From Candidatus Saccharimonadia bacterium (GTDB lineage Bacteria; Patescibacteriota; Saccharimonadia; CAILAD01; JADZBC01), in contig JAYRIB010000004.1 of the NCBI GenBank assembly GCA_041907025.1, positions 1,223 to 65,222 of the forward strand: a DNA stretch of 64,000 bases, written 5' to 3'. Both the position numbers and the translations under genes were made by a program. Shown here piece after piece: positions 9,384 to 19,695 of this stretch. Each line of letters starts with the position of its first letter. Position 1 is the stretch's first letter. Under the pieces are notes generated by a model. It was not told the origin of the DNA. It worked only from the letters and a program-made list of their open reading frames with translations, and ran no database searches.

Positions 9384-9914
9384 ATGGACATAACTTACTC
9401 ACAAAAAACTGGCATCAAACTAACTGGTAAGGGGCTGAGCGTAGCGCTTGATCCAGCCGCAGAAACAAAGTCAGACGTAGTGCTATTGTCACGCCCAGCC
9501 GAGTCAGAGCGCACACTGACGACGTTTGATGGTCCGGGCGAGTATGAAGTCAAAGGCTGTATGATCGACGCTCTAGCGCTGCCCGATGGCCTTACAGCGT
9601 ATCGCGTAGAGCTCGAGGACATGCGGCTCGGTTACTTGCCAGTGTTCCCTGAAGAGGGTGACAAAGGCAGCGATCCGTTGCGAGGCTGCGATGTACTGTT
9701 TGTGCCGCTTGGCGGAGTTAAGGTTGAGGTGGTAGCTAAGCTGGTTGCATCGTTTGAGCCCAAAGTAGTTATTCCAATCAACTACAGCGAGCAAGAGCTG
9801 ACAGCGTTCTTGTCTGAGATGGGCGCAAAAGACGTTGAGCCTATTGAGCGACTCAAACTCCAGCGCAAGGACATTGATGAGGATCGACAACAAGTCGTTG
9901 TTTTACAGTCGTAG
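9384..9914 (+). CDS. MBL-fold (Lactamase_B_3-like) protein, degenerate
   Basis: DGPGEYEVKG, DVLFVPLGG and EPKVVIP motifs; metal-binding His residues not evident. Confidence 0.7.
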   Translation: MDITYSQKTGIKLTGKGLSVALDPAAETKSDVVLLSRPAESERTLTTFDGPGEYEVKGCMIDALALPDGLTAYRVELEDMRLGYLPVFPEEGDKGSDPLRGCDVLFVPLGGVKVEVVAKLVASFEPKVVIPINYSEQELTAFLSEMGAKDVEPIERLKLQRKDIDEDRQQVVVLQS

Positions 9915-9956
9915 TATGTAGCCGGGGCTTCGCGGAGCCAGCAGTAGAGTGTAAAG

Positions 9957-9986
9957 AAAAAACCTCCTTGATCTAGGAGGTTTTTT
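9957..9986. terminator. Bidirectional intrinsic terminator
   Basis: AAAAAACCTCCT-tgatct-AGGAGGTTTTTT between convergent genes. Confidence 0.8.
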
Positions 9987-10203
9987 GCGCTTGTGCCTCG
10001 GTGGCGAGGGCAGCTTGTTTTTGGTACTTGTTGAGTGTACGGATGGTTGAAGCCGCTAGCTTGAGCCGTACCTTTTGGCCGTCTATGATGAGGGTTTTGG
10101 TTTGCAGGTTGGGCTTCCAGTCGCGCTTGGTATGACGCATGGAGTGACTCACGTTGTTGCCGAACTGCTTACCTTTTCCTGTGATGTCGCATTTGTATGA
10201 CAT
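9973..10203 (-). CDS. rpmB: 50S ribosomal protein bL28
   Basis: CDITGKGKQFGNNVSHS...WKPNLQ. Confidence 0.96.
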   Translation of the reverse strand: MSYKCDITGKGKQFGNNVSHSMRHTKRDWKPNLQTKTLIIDGQKVRLKLAASTIRTLNKYQKQAALATEAQAQKTS

Positions 10204-10365
10204 TGTTTGCTTCCTTAGCTTTTAGATCTGTCTCACGTCTTCGGCCTCTCAGAGCTGAAGTAACCTGAATATGATAGCATTTTTGCCGCGGGCTTGCAAT
10301 ACTTTGGCGCAAGGTTGCTGCGGGCGCACTAGCCCGGCCAGCAACAATCGATTATCATAGTGAAT

Positions 10366-11001
10366 ATGAGCCTAAACCCAATATCTCTTATTGTCTACAT
10401 CGCCACCTTGGTAGTCGCCATTACAGTCCACGAGTTTAGCCACGCCTGGGCAGGGCATCGCCTGGGTGATGTCACCGCTCAGCGCGAGGGGAGACTCACC
10501 CTTAATCCGATTAAGCACATTGATCCGTTTTTTACCTTGCTGCTGCCACTCATGCTGATCTTTATTGGCTCACCAGTGGTGTTCGGGGCGGCCAAGCCGG
10601 TGCCGTTTAATCCCTACGCCGTCCGGTACGGTAAGTGGGGGGCTGCTTTGGTGGCAATTGCTGGTCCGATGAGTAACTTCGCAATGGCTGCCTTTGTGGC
10701 GCTCTACCTGCGACTCTTTGAGCTCCCTGCTGGTGCCACCAACCTGTTGGTCAGCTTCGTGATGATCAATATCGGGTTCTTTGTGTTTAATATGATTCCA
10801 GTCCCACCTCTTGATGGTTCGCGCGTGCTCTATGCCGCTGCGCCACCCGCTCTAGCTGACATTATGGATCGGATTGAGCGCTTTGGCTTGGCTGGCGTCA
10901 TGCTGTTCCTGTTCGTGTTTTATCAGTTCTTGTCGCCGTACATCGTGCTGATTATTACCTCGCTCGGACGCGCCCTGCTTGGTCCAGCCGCGAGTTTTTA
11001 A
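10366..11001 (+). CDS. Site-2 protease (peptidase M50)
   Basis: HEFSH, AGP and FNMIPVPPLDG motifs in a hydrophobic protein. Confidence 0.92.
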   Translation: MSLNPISLIVYIATLVVAITVHEFSHAWAGHRLGDVTAQREGRLTLNPIKHIDPFFTLLLPLMLIFIGSPVVFGAAKPVPFNPYAVRYGKWGAALVAIAGPMSNFAMAAFVALYLRLFELPAGATNLLVSFVMINIGFFVFNMIPVPPLDGSRVLYAAAPPALADIMDRIERFGLAGVMLFLFVFYQFLSPYIVLIITSLGRALLGPAASF

Positions 11002-11035
11002 GCCAAGCTAGGCATCATGGGCGTGATATAATATA

Positions 11036-11203
11036 GGAGTTCTGCCGCTCTCGCCCATAAGACAAGGGTATGTAACTTTTTCCTATTAAGATAGTTGCTT
11101 TGGGAGCTCTAGATTGCCTCGGTCTAACGACCCTGTGCTGCGAGCACCCACCTGGATATTGCCGGGAAGAGTTAATTGCCCTCGACGGAGCGCGCGGATC
11201 TCC
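11036..11203 (+). ncRNA. ssrS: Probable 6S RNA
   Basis: About 168 nt; 5' GGAGTTCTGCCGCTCT pairs with 3' GGAGCGCGCGGATCTCC; internal GGGAGC and CACCCACCTG; TATAAT just upstream; terminator at ~11219-11250. Confidence 0.7.
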
Positions 11204-11249
11204 ATTATTCTAAAACAAGGCCACCTATTGAAGCGGGTGGTCGCTTTTT

Positions 11250-11780
11250 TTACTTCAGTCCAAAGGCTTGTTTAAGGGAGGCTTCGCCGTCGAGCGCGCT
11301 GGCGGTTATGAGTTTGATTTCCTTTTGCAAACCAAGTAGTTTCTTGAGGCCACGCACGTAGTCGATGGGGTCGTAAGGGTAGACCCACAGGCCCTTGGTG
11401 TAGTTCACAAAACCCTGGAGCTTAAGCTGCGCTACCAGGTAGTTACGGGTTACCTTTTGCGCGTCGGGGATCTCAAACGTCACAATGTAGAAGCTGCCTT
11501 GCCATTCACGCGGTTTGGCGATGCCTTTTTTGCCTAATAAGTAGAGGTCGAGGTGGCGCAAACCCTTTTCTGTGACCTTGTAGAGTTTTTCGTGCTCGAT
11601 GGTGCCAATCGAAATAAAGCCTTGCTTAGTTAGCAGGGCGGCAGTGTCGATGATTCGTCGGCGCGCATTGGCGCCAAATAAGCTCAAAAGGGAACGGGCA
11701 GTGGTTAGCTCGTCTTCGACGATCACCCGCTTGCCCGCTATTACTTTCAGCACCTCAGCTGATTTGTTGATCCTTGGCAC
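11250..11780 (-). CDS. PaaX-like regulator (wHTH plus Cas2-like ferredoxin-fold domain)
   Basis: YKVTEKG, WQGSFYIVTFEIPD and GLWVYPYD motifs. Confidence 0.8.
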   Translation of the reverse strand: MPRINKSAEVLKVIAGKRVIVEDELTTARSLLSLFGANARRRIIDTAALLTKQGFISIGTIEHEKLYKVTEKGLRHLDLYLLGKKGIAKPREWQGSFYIVTFEIPDAQKVTRNYLVAQLKLQGFVNYTKGLWVYPYDPIDYVRGLKKLLGLQKEIKLITASALDGEASLKQAFGLK

Positions 11781-11924
11781 ACATTTACTCGTTACCTAAG
11801 TATTATGTCAAAGCATGAGAGTTATGTAAAGTACTTTTGCTAAGAAAGTTCACATTCGCTGCCCTCAACAGGAGAGAAGTTATTGTAATTCTGCGCGGGG
11901 AGCGCGTAAAATAGGGGAGGTTAG

Positions 11925-12000
11925 CAGGGTGTGGCGCAGTTGGTAGCGCGTACGGCTGGGGGCCGTGAGGTCGCAGGTTCAAGTCCTGTCACCCTGACCA
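11925..12000 (+). tRNA. tRNA-Pro(GGG)
   Basis: CAGGGTG/CACCCTG acceptor stem, anticodon arm TACGG-CTGGGGG-CCGTG, GGTTCAAGTCC, CCA end. Confidence 0.96.
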
Positions 12001-12136
12001 GAAATTATTCTTTGCACAATAATGTTGCTCTATCGCGCGTTTCTCGGTACAATGAGCGTAAGCATTATGTAAGTAGTTACCATAAGGAATAAGGGCGGCT
12101 TTTCCTTCTAAAGAAAAACCACTCAAAACAAAACAA

Positions 12137-15100
12137 ATGGCTCCCAACGCCACACCACCTAAGCCTACGCTTCGATCCAAACTTCACTTGCGACCCTCAA
12201 CTTCTCTGAAAGTGAGTAAGGCGTCTGTATTTACCCTCCTGGCACTTATATCCATCCAAACCGTCAGTAGTGCCTTGCTTTGGTACGCCGGTAAGATCAA
12301 GGCTGACAGCAGTAGCCGAGTAGTAACTACGAGCCCGGCAAGTAGCGTTACTACTACCGGCGCTACGCTCAGTGGCACATACGATTACCCCACAGATGTT
12401 ACTCAGCGTGGCTTCCAGTATGGCTTGACTACTGGCTATGGCAGCCAAGTGGTGGATGACAGTGTGATGACATACGTGGATACGGGTATACTGGGCGGCG
12501 TAGATACGTCAAGCGGTAGTAGTGGCTACGCTACGGATTCCACGGGGAACCTATACTTGACTCACTTTGATGACCACACAAGTGCAAGTGTGCAAAAGTA
12601 CAGTGCAAGTGGCACTCTTGTATCTGAGTTCGGTTCACAGGGCGCAGGAGACGGGCAGTTTGACACTCCGCAGGATGTTGCTTTAGACACGAGCGGGAAC
12701 ATCTATGTCGCTGACACTAATAATAATAGGGTGCAGAAGTTGGATAGCACTGGTAATTACGTGAGCCAGTTTGACCCACTTGAGCAGGGTAGTGGTAAAT
12801 ACATCGTAGTGACTAGGGTTTCCTTAGATAGTCTAGGTAATATATACGTTTTTGGACACTGGGATAGTGATCCGGGTATATCGAATAATTGGCAGCCAGT
12901 AGTTCAGAGGTATAACGCCAGTGGCGTGTTTCAAACCCAGTTAATCAACAGTTCTGGTACGGCAACTAATCAGCTATACTCATATGCGCAAAATACCGAC
13001 CTGACAACTGATACAAGTAATAATCTATACATTACTGATGCTTATAATCACCGGGTGCTCAAATACGACAGTAGTGGCAATTTCTTGGCTCAGTGGGGAA
13101 CAACTGGCGTTGCTAGCAACGCCCCAGGCCAGTTTAATCTTCCAACTGGCATCGCGCGTGGGCCTGGCGGGCAATTGTATATTTCAGATGGCGGGAATGA
13201 CAGGGTTCAAATCATCAGCCCAGCAGGGGATTACGTACAGAGTTGGTCAGACAATCAAATTGGGTTTCCACTTAATTTAACAGTGAGCCTGAACGGTAAG
13301 ATATACGCCCAATCATGGGGGGGTGCTGGAGGCTTGGTTGTTGGTACACCATCAATCAATGCGAATATCACAAGCCTCCAGTGCGACACTACCTACCATT
13401 ACCGTGCCTTTACTACTGATGCAGACAGTACTGAATACGGTTCAGACGCTACATTTACAACAGATGCTTGTACGGGGTTGCGTAACATAACTAATTTGCC
13501 CACGACCAGCATAAGTCAAACGGGGGCTACACTCCACGGCGCTACAGATTACCCACAGGGCATTACTGGGCGCGGCTTCCAATACGGGTTAACGACTGGT
13601 TATGGTAGCACGGTAGTGGACAGTTCGGCTGTAAACGCAAGTTTTGGCAGTAAGGGGGTAACTAGTTTAAGCGGGACTACAGCGATTGACCTATCTGTCG
13701 ATGCTAACGGCTATAAGTACGTTGCATATTATGGTGATCATGTTGTTAAGAAATATGATGCCTCCAATAATCTCGTGCTTCAGTGGGGCTCAGAAGGGCT
13801 TGGGGCCGGTCAGTTCGGTGGTATTTCTGGGATTACCGCTGCGCCGGATGGCTTTGTTTATACTACGGAGTATTATCTCCAGAATGGTGGAGATATTCTT
13901 TCAAACCCCCGGGTTCAGAAGTTTGACTCCAATGGAAATTTCATTACCCAGTGGGGTTCGTTAGGGTCAGGCGATGGGCAGTTTTCAGCTCCTAAAGATG
14001 TCGCTGTAGACAAGAGTAATAACGTGTATGTTGTAGACTACAACCGCGTTCAGAAGTTTGACTCCAATGGAAATTTCATTACCCAGTGGGGTTCGTTAGG
14101 GTCAGGCGATGGGCAGTTTTCAAACCTAAGTGGTATCGCAATTGCCCCAGATGGCTCTGTGTATGTATCAGACAGGAGTAATGCCCGTATACAGAAGTTT
14201 AGTTCCAGTGGAACATTTATTCTGAAATGGGGTCAGCCGGGGGGTATGGGTGATGGTGAGTTCATCGCCCCTGAGCGAGTCGGAGTAGACGGGTCGGGCA
14301 ATGTATACGTATTGGATTATGCTGGTGGCACATTAAGGATGCAGAAGTTTGATTCAAACGGCAGTTTCCTGGCTCGTTTCGGCGGTTATTTCTATTTTGG
14401 TACCGGACTTTCTGTTACGCCATCCGGTCAGGTATATACCATAGATGCAGCTTCCACTACAGACTACTACACATATGGTATTGATGCCCCTATCACTACT
14501 CTTACCTGTGGCACAGAGTACCACTATCGTCCATACGTAACAGATCGTGGCGGCACGCAGTATGGAAACGATGCAACATTTACAACATCTGCCTGCCCGC
14601 CACTTAACATCACCACAACTAGTTTGGATGATGGCGTGGTTGGCGTGAGTTACTCTGATCTCATTACGGTCGATAATCTCCAGGGTGGCGAGACGTATAC
14701 GGTTAGTTCCGGAAGCGTGCCCCCAGGGTTGACACTTGGGTCGACAACTGGGTATTTGGAAGGGATTCCCTCACAGGAAGGACATTATTTCTTCGATGTA
14801 ACAGTTGAGAATTCTGGATCAAGCGACACCGCGCAAATAGATGTTCATATTTATAACACAAACCCACAATTAAGTATCACGACTGTGGCTATTCCGGACA
14901 CCCAAGTCGGCGCTTCGTATCAGGAATACATCTACACCAGTGACGGTGTGGGTGATGTGAGCTTCAGTATAACTTCAGGTGCGCTACCAGATGGTATGTC
15001 TATTACCTCGTACGGCACGAGCGGGGTATTGTACGGTACTCCAACTACTCCAGGGACCTATACCTTCACCGTGCAAGCTCAGGATAGCCGTGGGGCTGGT

Positions 15101-17272
15101 GTCGGCACTGATACACAGGAGTACTCCATAACGGTCTCGGCGGCTAGTATTAATATCACTACTACCAGCTTGCCGTCAGGTCTAGTGGGCTTGCCATACA
15201 ATAAAAGTATCGATTATGAGTCTGCTAACGCTCAGCCGGTCTTTTCACTTGTTTCTGGAACTTTACCTCCAGGTGTTTCTCTAACCCTTCAGGGCTATCT
15301 GCAAGGCACCCCAACGCAACAAGGTACTTACGATTTTACGGTGCAAGCCGATGATGGTTTTAGTACGGATACCCAGGCACTTAGCTTGCTCATAGGGGCA
15401 CCGGCGGCAGTTACTCCTAATACGCCTTTCGTAAAAATCACTTCGCCAGCGAATGGGGGCTCTATTGGGGCTACAAAGCTTGACGTAGCAGGTATTGGTC
15501 CTGCAGGCAATAAGGTCATACAGCTAACGATAGATAATGTTGTGCAAGGTACAACGAATACGGATAATGAAGGCAAATGGGCATATCAAGCAAGTGGTCT
15601 AAACCCAGGTTCTCATACACTGAGTGCCACTTGGGTTCCGGGCGACGATGTGGCTTTTGTGCCGTTCTTTAACCCCGAAACTTTCTCGAGCGGGATTTCG
15701 GTGATAGATAATGCTAGCTTGCAAACGGTGAAGACAATATACCTCCCAGAATATTCCTTGGCATATGGAGTAACACTCAACCATGCTCGTACTAAGTTGT
15801 ACGCATATGGGGGGCAGCTAAACTTGGGAGAGGGTGAACTTACGAGCTCTGCACAGCTATGGGAGGTTGATCTGGCAACTATGGCTATCCGCACGGTAGG
15901 TTATCCAAGTATGCCTGCCCAAATTGGCTTTGTTACTGCAGTTAACATCTCGCCAGACGACACAGGAGTCGTCCTGCTGAAGATGGAGGGCGGAGAACAG
16001 GCACAACAGGTACTAATCTCACGAGTAGATTTACCAAGCTTCACACCTACAGGGACAGACATTCAGGCTGAAGCTTTAAATACGCCAGCTGTAGTTGATA
16101 GGTTCTTTGAGCTTGCTTTAGCAAGAGCTTACACGTACAGTACCGATTCACAGCAGCGCTACATGTACTTCTTGCTAAGCGCCCTCGATGACGCACCAAG
16201 CAGTAATGAAGTGGTTGTTATTGATACACTAGATGGTAGCTCGAGTACGATCGAGCTTGGTGAGGGGGCTGAATATATACCTAAGGTAATTCAGACTGTA
16301 GGAGATAGGCTCTATGTACTCACCAGCTCGCATCTCCTCACTATTGATGTCGTTACGGGAGGTATTCTGAGCGACATTACTCCAGGTTTCAGTATCGATG
16401 GCTCCGCTTTTGGGTCCGTTGTGTTTGATGTCCCCCCAGATGGTTTGACCGCACTGCTTAGCACATCGGGATTTGGTAACTCCACTACTGTTGTTAGTAT
16501 TGACCTTGCTTCGGGCCAGTCGACTATTCTTCCGAATAGTATCGAAACCAGTAGGCGGCTGGCTAGGGCACTTGGTAAACAAGGCCCTATAGGCATAGGT
16601 ACAACTAGTGATGGTTCTAGGCTATATATTTCATCTCAGGGCCTGTATATATTTGATATGGCCAACGGGGTACCAATTGACCTGGCTGGGTTGCTCCCGC
16701 CAGGTGCAGAGGCCTCGGGACTTACAAGTCATGACTACATTGCCCCTATTCGCCCTCGAGATACCATCGCTTTTACCGTTGCTTCTGGTCCCGTATCGTG
16801 TACCACTACCAACACCTGTCCACCACCGCCGCCTTGTGCTGTGACCAACACCTGTCCACCGCCACCACCGCCCCCGACTGAACCAGCCACAGTCGGCACT
16901 ACCAATCCTAAGACTCCCAAGATTGTGGTTACACCCTTCCCACCAGCGGCATCTGCAGCCTCACGCCTGGGGTGGTTTGACCGCGGTGTTCTGGCGGTGG
17001 CTCGCTTTGTACCTGGGCAAGCAGCCATTGGTTTTCCGTTCCTCTTGTTCCTGCTCTTGCTCCTGTTTGCCCTCTCCCTGTACTATCAGTCTGCCAATGA
17101 GGTCCGTAAGGACAAGCTTAACCGTCAGTTCCTCGCCAAGCGTAAGTCCATCCGAGCGCAACAAGACAACTTTATAGCCCTGGCCTCACACTATCTCAAC
17201 ACCCCAATTACGATTATTCAGAATGGTATAGAGGTGATGGAGGAGTCGAGTAGGGGGCCAAAGAGTAAGTAA
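12137..17272 (+). CDS. Large surface protein: FN3-like and NHL repeats, Ig-like (He_PIG) domains, beta-propeller, Pro-rich stalk, TM helix and a terminal HisKA H-box
   Basis: NHL repeats (GQFxxPxDVAVD...NNRVQKFD), LPPGLTL...GTPTTPGTYTFTV repeats, C-terminal TM then QDNFIALASHYLNTPITII. Confidence 0.8.
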   Translation: MAPNATPPKPTLRSKLHLRPSTSLKVSKASVFTLLALISIQTVSSALLWYAGKIKADSSSRVVTTSPASSVTTTGATLSGTYDYPTDVTQRGFQYGLTTGYGSQVVDDSVMTYVDTGILGGVDTSSGSSGYATDSTGNLYLTHFDDHTSASVQKYSASGTLVSEFGSQGAGDGQFDTPQDVALDTSGNIYVADTNNNRVQKLDSTGNYVSQFDPLEQGSGKYIVVTRVSLDSLGNIYVFGHWDSDPGISNNWQPVVQRYNASGVFQTQLINSSGTATNQLYSYAQNTDLTTDTSNNLYITDAYNHRVLKYDSSGNFLAQWGTTGVASNAPGQFNLPTGIARGPGGQLYISDGGNDRVQIISPAGDYVQSWSDNQIGFPLNLTVSLNGKIYAQSWGGAGGLVVGTPSINANITSLQCDTTYHYRAFTTDADSTEYGSDATFTTDACTGLRNITNLPTTSISQTGATLHGATDYPQGITGRGFQYGLTTGYGSTVVDSSAVNASFGSKGVTSLSGTTAIDLSVDANGYKYVAYYGDHVVKKYDASNNLVLQWGSEGLGAGQFGGISGITAAPDGFVYTTEYYLQNGGDILSNPRVQKFDSNGNFITQWGSLGSGDGQFSAPKDVAVDKSNNVYVVDYNRVQKFDSNGNFITQWGSLGSGDGQFSNLSGIAIAPDGSVYVSDRSNARIQKFSSSGTFILKWGQPGGMGDGEFIAPERVGVDGSGNVYVLDYAGGTLRMQKFDSNGSFLARFGGYFYFGTGLSVTPSGQVYTIDAASTTDYYTYGIDAPITTLTCGTEYHYRPYVTDRGGTQYGNDATFTTSACPPLNITTTSLDDGVVGVSYSDLITVDNLQGGETYTVSSGSVPPGLTLGSTTGYLEGIPSQEGHYFFDVTVENSGSSDTAQIDVHIYNTNPQLSITTVAIPDTQVGASYQEYIYTSDGVGDVSFSITSGALPDGMSITSYGTSGVLYGTPTTPGTYTFTVQAQDSRGAGVGTDTQEYSITVSAASINITTTSLPSGLVGLPYNKSIDYESANAQPVFSLVSGTLPPGVSLTLQGYLQGTPTQQGTYDFTVQADDGFSTDTQALSLLIGAPAAVTPNTPFVKITSPANGGSIGATKLDVAGIGPAGNKVIQLTIDNVVQGTTNTDNEGKWAYQASGLNPGSHTLSATWVPGDDVAFVPFFNPETFSSGISVIDNASLQTVKTIYLPEYSLAYGVTLNHARTKLYAYGGQLNLGEGELTSSAQLWEVDLATMAIRTVGYPSMPAQIGFVTAVNISPDDTGVVLLKMEGGEQAQQVLISRVDLPSFTPTGTDIQAEALNTPAVVDRFFELALARAYTYSTDSQQRYMYFLLSALDDAPSSNEVVVIDTLDGSSSTIELGEGAEYIPKVIQTVGDRLYVLTSSHLLTIDVVTGGILSDITPGFSIDGSAFGSVVFDVPPDGLTALLSTSGFGNSTTVVSIDLASGQSTILPNSIETSRRLARALGKQGPIGIGTTSDGSRLYISSQGLYIFDMANGVPIDLAGLLPPGAEASGLTSHDYIAPIRPRDTIAFTVASGPVSCTTTNTCPPPPPCAVTNTCPPPPPPPTEPATVGTTNPKTPKIVVTPFPPAASAASRLGWFDRGVLAVARFVPGQAAIGFPFLLFLLLLLFALSLYYQSANEVRKDKLNRQFLAKRKSIRAQQDNFIALASHYLNTPITIIQNGIEVMEESSRGPKSK
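13913..14122 (+). repeat. 75-bp perfect direct repeat within NHL repeats
   Basis: 13913-13987 is identical to 14048-14122. Confidence 0.9.
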
Positions 17273-17327
17273 CTTATGCTCGCATGGTGGTGCCCAGAAA
17301 GGTATAATAAGTGGCGAAAGAATCCAT

Positions 17328-17522
17328 ATGCGAGCAAAAACACTTTTTCTCATTATGATCATCACAACCTACGGGTATTACCTGCACACTATGTCGGGCG
17401 CCGTGCAGCGCCAAGCAGACGGCCTTATGCGCCAATATAACGCGGCGTTAATAACTGCCAGCGAAACAGCCGATTATTCCGCGCCGAACAATCTAGTAGT
17501 TCAAAAACCAACAGCTAACTAA
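17328..17522 (+). CDS. Small hypothetical protein with N-terminal hydrophobic segment
   Basis: 64-aa ORF after TATAAT; stop overlaps the next gene's leader. Confidence 0.5.
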   Translation: MRAKTLFLIMIITTYGYYLHTMSGAVQRQADGLMRQYNAALITASETADYSAPNNLVVQKPTAN

Positions 17523-17542
17523 CAGGTAGGGCAAACAATAGT

Positions 17543-17962
17543 ATGGAGAGCAGCATATTCAGTAGAATTATCAACGGCGAGGAGCCAGCGGAGGTGCTCT
17601 ATGATGATGAGCGCGTCATTATTGTGTTGTCGCGGGCGCCGATGGGCCCTGGCCATAGTCTCGTAATCCCAAAGCGGCCAGCGGAGTACTTCTACCACAT
17701 GGCAGCGGGAGAATATGAGTACCTTATGCAGACTGCTCGCAAGTTCGCGGTCGTGCTCGACAGCGTCTTTGAGCAAAAGGTGGTGGCCATGCAACTAATG
17801 GGGCTTGGGGTGCCGCATGTGCATGTCCACCTGGTACCGATCAACGATGAAGGCGACATGGACCATGACCATGCAGTGTTTGGGCCGCTCGAGCCTTTGA
17901 AGCCGGTGGCCGAGCGAATCCGTGCCCACCTTGCCGAGCACCCCCTAAGCAGCATACAATAG
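17543..17962 (+). CDS. HIT family hydrolase
   Basis: SIFSRIINGE, GHSLVIPK and HVHVHLVP triad. Confidence 0.93.
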   Translation: MESSIFSRIINGEEPAEVLYDDERVIIVLSRAPMGPGHSLVIPKRPAEYFYHMAAGEYEYLMQTARKFAVVLDSVFEQKVVAMQLMGLGVPHVHVHLVPINDEGDMDHDHAVFGPLEPLKPVAERIRAHLAEHPLSSIQ

Positions 17963-17967
17963 TATTT

Positions 17968-18747
17968 ATGCTCATCGTTTTACTCCTTTCTGCTATACAA
18001 GGCATCAGTGAATTCTTGCCGATATCTTCGTCGGCCCACCTGCTGATTACCACCTGGGCACTCAACGTTAGCGACCTTGGGCTGAGCTTTGACGCCGCTA
18101 TCCACATTGGTACCTCGCTAGCTCTGCTCATCTTCTTTTATAAAGACTTCTGGCGGCTTTGGAAGGAGCGCAGCCCCTTGCTGTACTACATAGCACTAGC
18201 CACCATCCCAGCTGCACTAATTGGCTTCGTGGGGGACAAATGGATAGAGTCAACGCTGCATCGAAGCTCCGTGGCGCCGCTGATCGTCGGCATCGGTATG
18301 ATCTTATTTAGCTTTTTACTACTTTACGTTGACAACATCGCTAAGCTCAACCGTGACAGCAAGGACATTGGGCTCAAAGACACGCTGATTGTTGGTTTTG
18401 CCCAGGCCTTAGCACTCATACCCGGTACGTCGCGTTCGGGAATTACTATGACAGCCGGGCTGTGGCGCGGGCTTAAGCGCGAAGACGCAGCCCGGTTTAG
18501 CTTTTTGTTGGCCGCCCCAATTAGCCTGGGGGCAGGGCTGTATAAGGCTTTTGGTTTAATTTCTAATCCCGAGCCAACCGTCTCCATGCTGCAAGTAGGG
18601 GTCGGAATTGTCGCCTCTGGCTTGGTTGGCTTGGCAGTTATTAAATGGCTGCTTAGATACCTAGGTAGCCACAACTTGCGGCTGTTTGTGGTGTATCGGA
18701 TCGCCTTTGGTGTACTAGTAATTGCTCTGTGGGTATGGCGGCAATAA
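17968..18747 (+). CDS. uppP: Undecaprenyl-diphosphatase
   Basis: QGISEFLPISSSAH and PGTSRSG motifs. Confidence 0.95.
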   Translation: MLIVLLLSAIQGISEFLPISSSAHLLITTWALNVSDLGLSFDAAIHIGTSLALLIFFYKDFWRLWKERSPLLYYIALATIPAALIGFVGDKWIESTLHRSSVAPLIVGIGMILFSFLLLYVDNIAKLNRDSKDIGLKDTLIVGFAQALALIPGTSRSGITMTAGLWRGLKREDAARFSFLLAAPISLGAGLYKAFGLISNPEPTVSMLQVGVGIVASGLVGLAVIKWLLRYLGSHNLRLFVVYRIAFGVLVIALWVWRQ

Positions 18748-19178
18748 TGGGTGAATTTCCAGCACACGTTAAGGTATTTTGTGATGGTGGTTCGCGCGGC
18801 AACCCTGGTCCAGCAGCTTCTGGCGTAGTAATAACTACAACGAATGATGAGGTTATTGGTGAGTATCACGAATACCTTGGACTACGAACGAATAATTACG
18901 CCGAATACAGCGCTGTCATCTTGGGATTGAGCGAGCTTAAAGCTCACCAGGGAGTAGCTCGTGCTGACTTCTACCTGGATAGTGAGCTCGTTACCAAGCA
19001 GCTGAATGGGCAATACCGCGTCAAGCACGTTGATATGAAGCCACTCTATACTAGAGTACAAGAATTGTTGGCAGCAACTGGAATTGAGGTCAGTTTTTCT
19101 CATGTTCGTCGCGAGTATAATAAGCTGGCTGATGCCCAAGTGAACGTTTGCTTGGATGCTCAGATTGGCTCGACATAA
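18747..19178 (+). CDS. rnhA: Ribonuclease HI (archaeal-like type)
   Basis: DGGSRGNPG, TNNYAEY, DSELV and NKLAD motifs. Confidence 0.92.
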   Translation: MGEFPAHVKVFCDGGSRGNPGPAASGVVITTTNDEVIGEYHEYLGLRTNNYAEYSAVILGLSELKAHQGVARADFYLDSELVTKQLNGQYRVKHVDMKPLYTRVQELLAATGIEVSFSHVRREYNKLADAQVNVCLDAQIGST

Positions 19179-19203
19179 AACTCTAAATATCGTATAATAA
19201 TGG

Positions 19204-19613
19204 CCTAGTTAGTCAGTGAGTGATCGCTCCACGGCGCAAGCCAAGGAGAGGAAAGTCCGAACAGCGTAGAGTAGGGTGGTTGCTAACGGCAACCGAGGGA
19301 GACCTTAGGGAAAGTGCCACAGAGACAATACCGCCCCTCACATTTATGGCAACATAAAAGGTGCGGGGTAAGGGTGAAAAGAGTGCGGTAAAAGCGCACA
19401 GCGGACCTTAGGTGACTAGGTCTGGAGGTAAACCCCACCTGCTGCAAGACTATGGGCCCCGTCGCAAGACAGAGTTACTCGCTCTTAGTTGGGTTTGTCG
19501 CATGATGTAGCCTTCGGGCTGCACGCCAACTGTAGCAATGCAGGAGGAAGATAGATGATCACAGCTAGCCTTCGGGTTAGACACAGAATTCGGCTTATAG
19601 CTGACTAACTAGG
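19204..19613 (+). ncRNA. rnpB: RNase P RNA
   Basis: GAGGAAAGTCC, AGTGCCACAGA, GGTAAACCCC and ACAGAATTCGGCTTA conserved regions; P1 CCTAGTTAGTCAG/CTGACTAACTAGG. Confidence 0.97.
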
Positions 19614-19695
19614 CACTTATTTTGTTATATTTACTTCTCAGCAGGCACAAGGGAAAGTTTCATACGCTATTATGCTAGAATAAGAGATAACGACC

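Noticed and set aside
11250-11780. Cas2-like domain suggesting a CRISPR-Cas locus
   Set aside because: No repeat-spacer array or other cas gene is visible in the window; the wHTH fusion fits a PaaX-like regulator.
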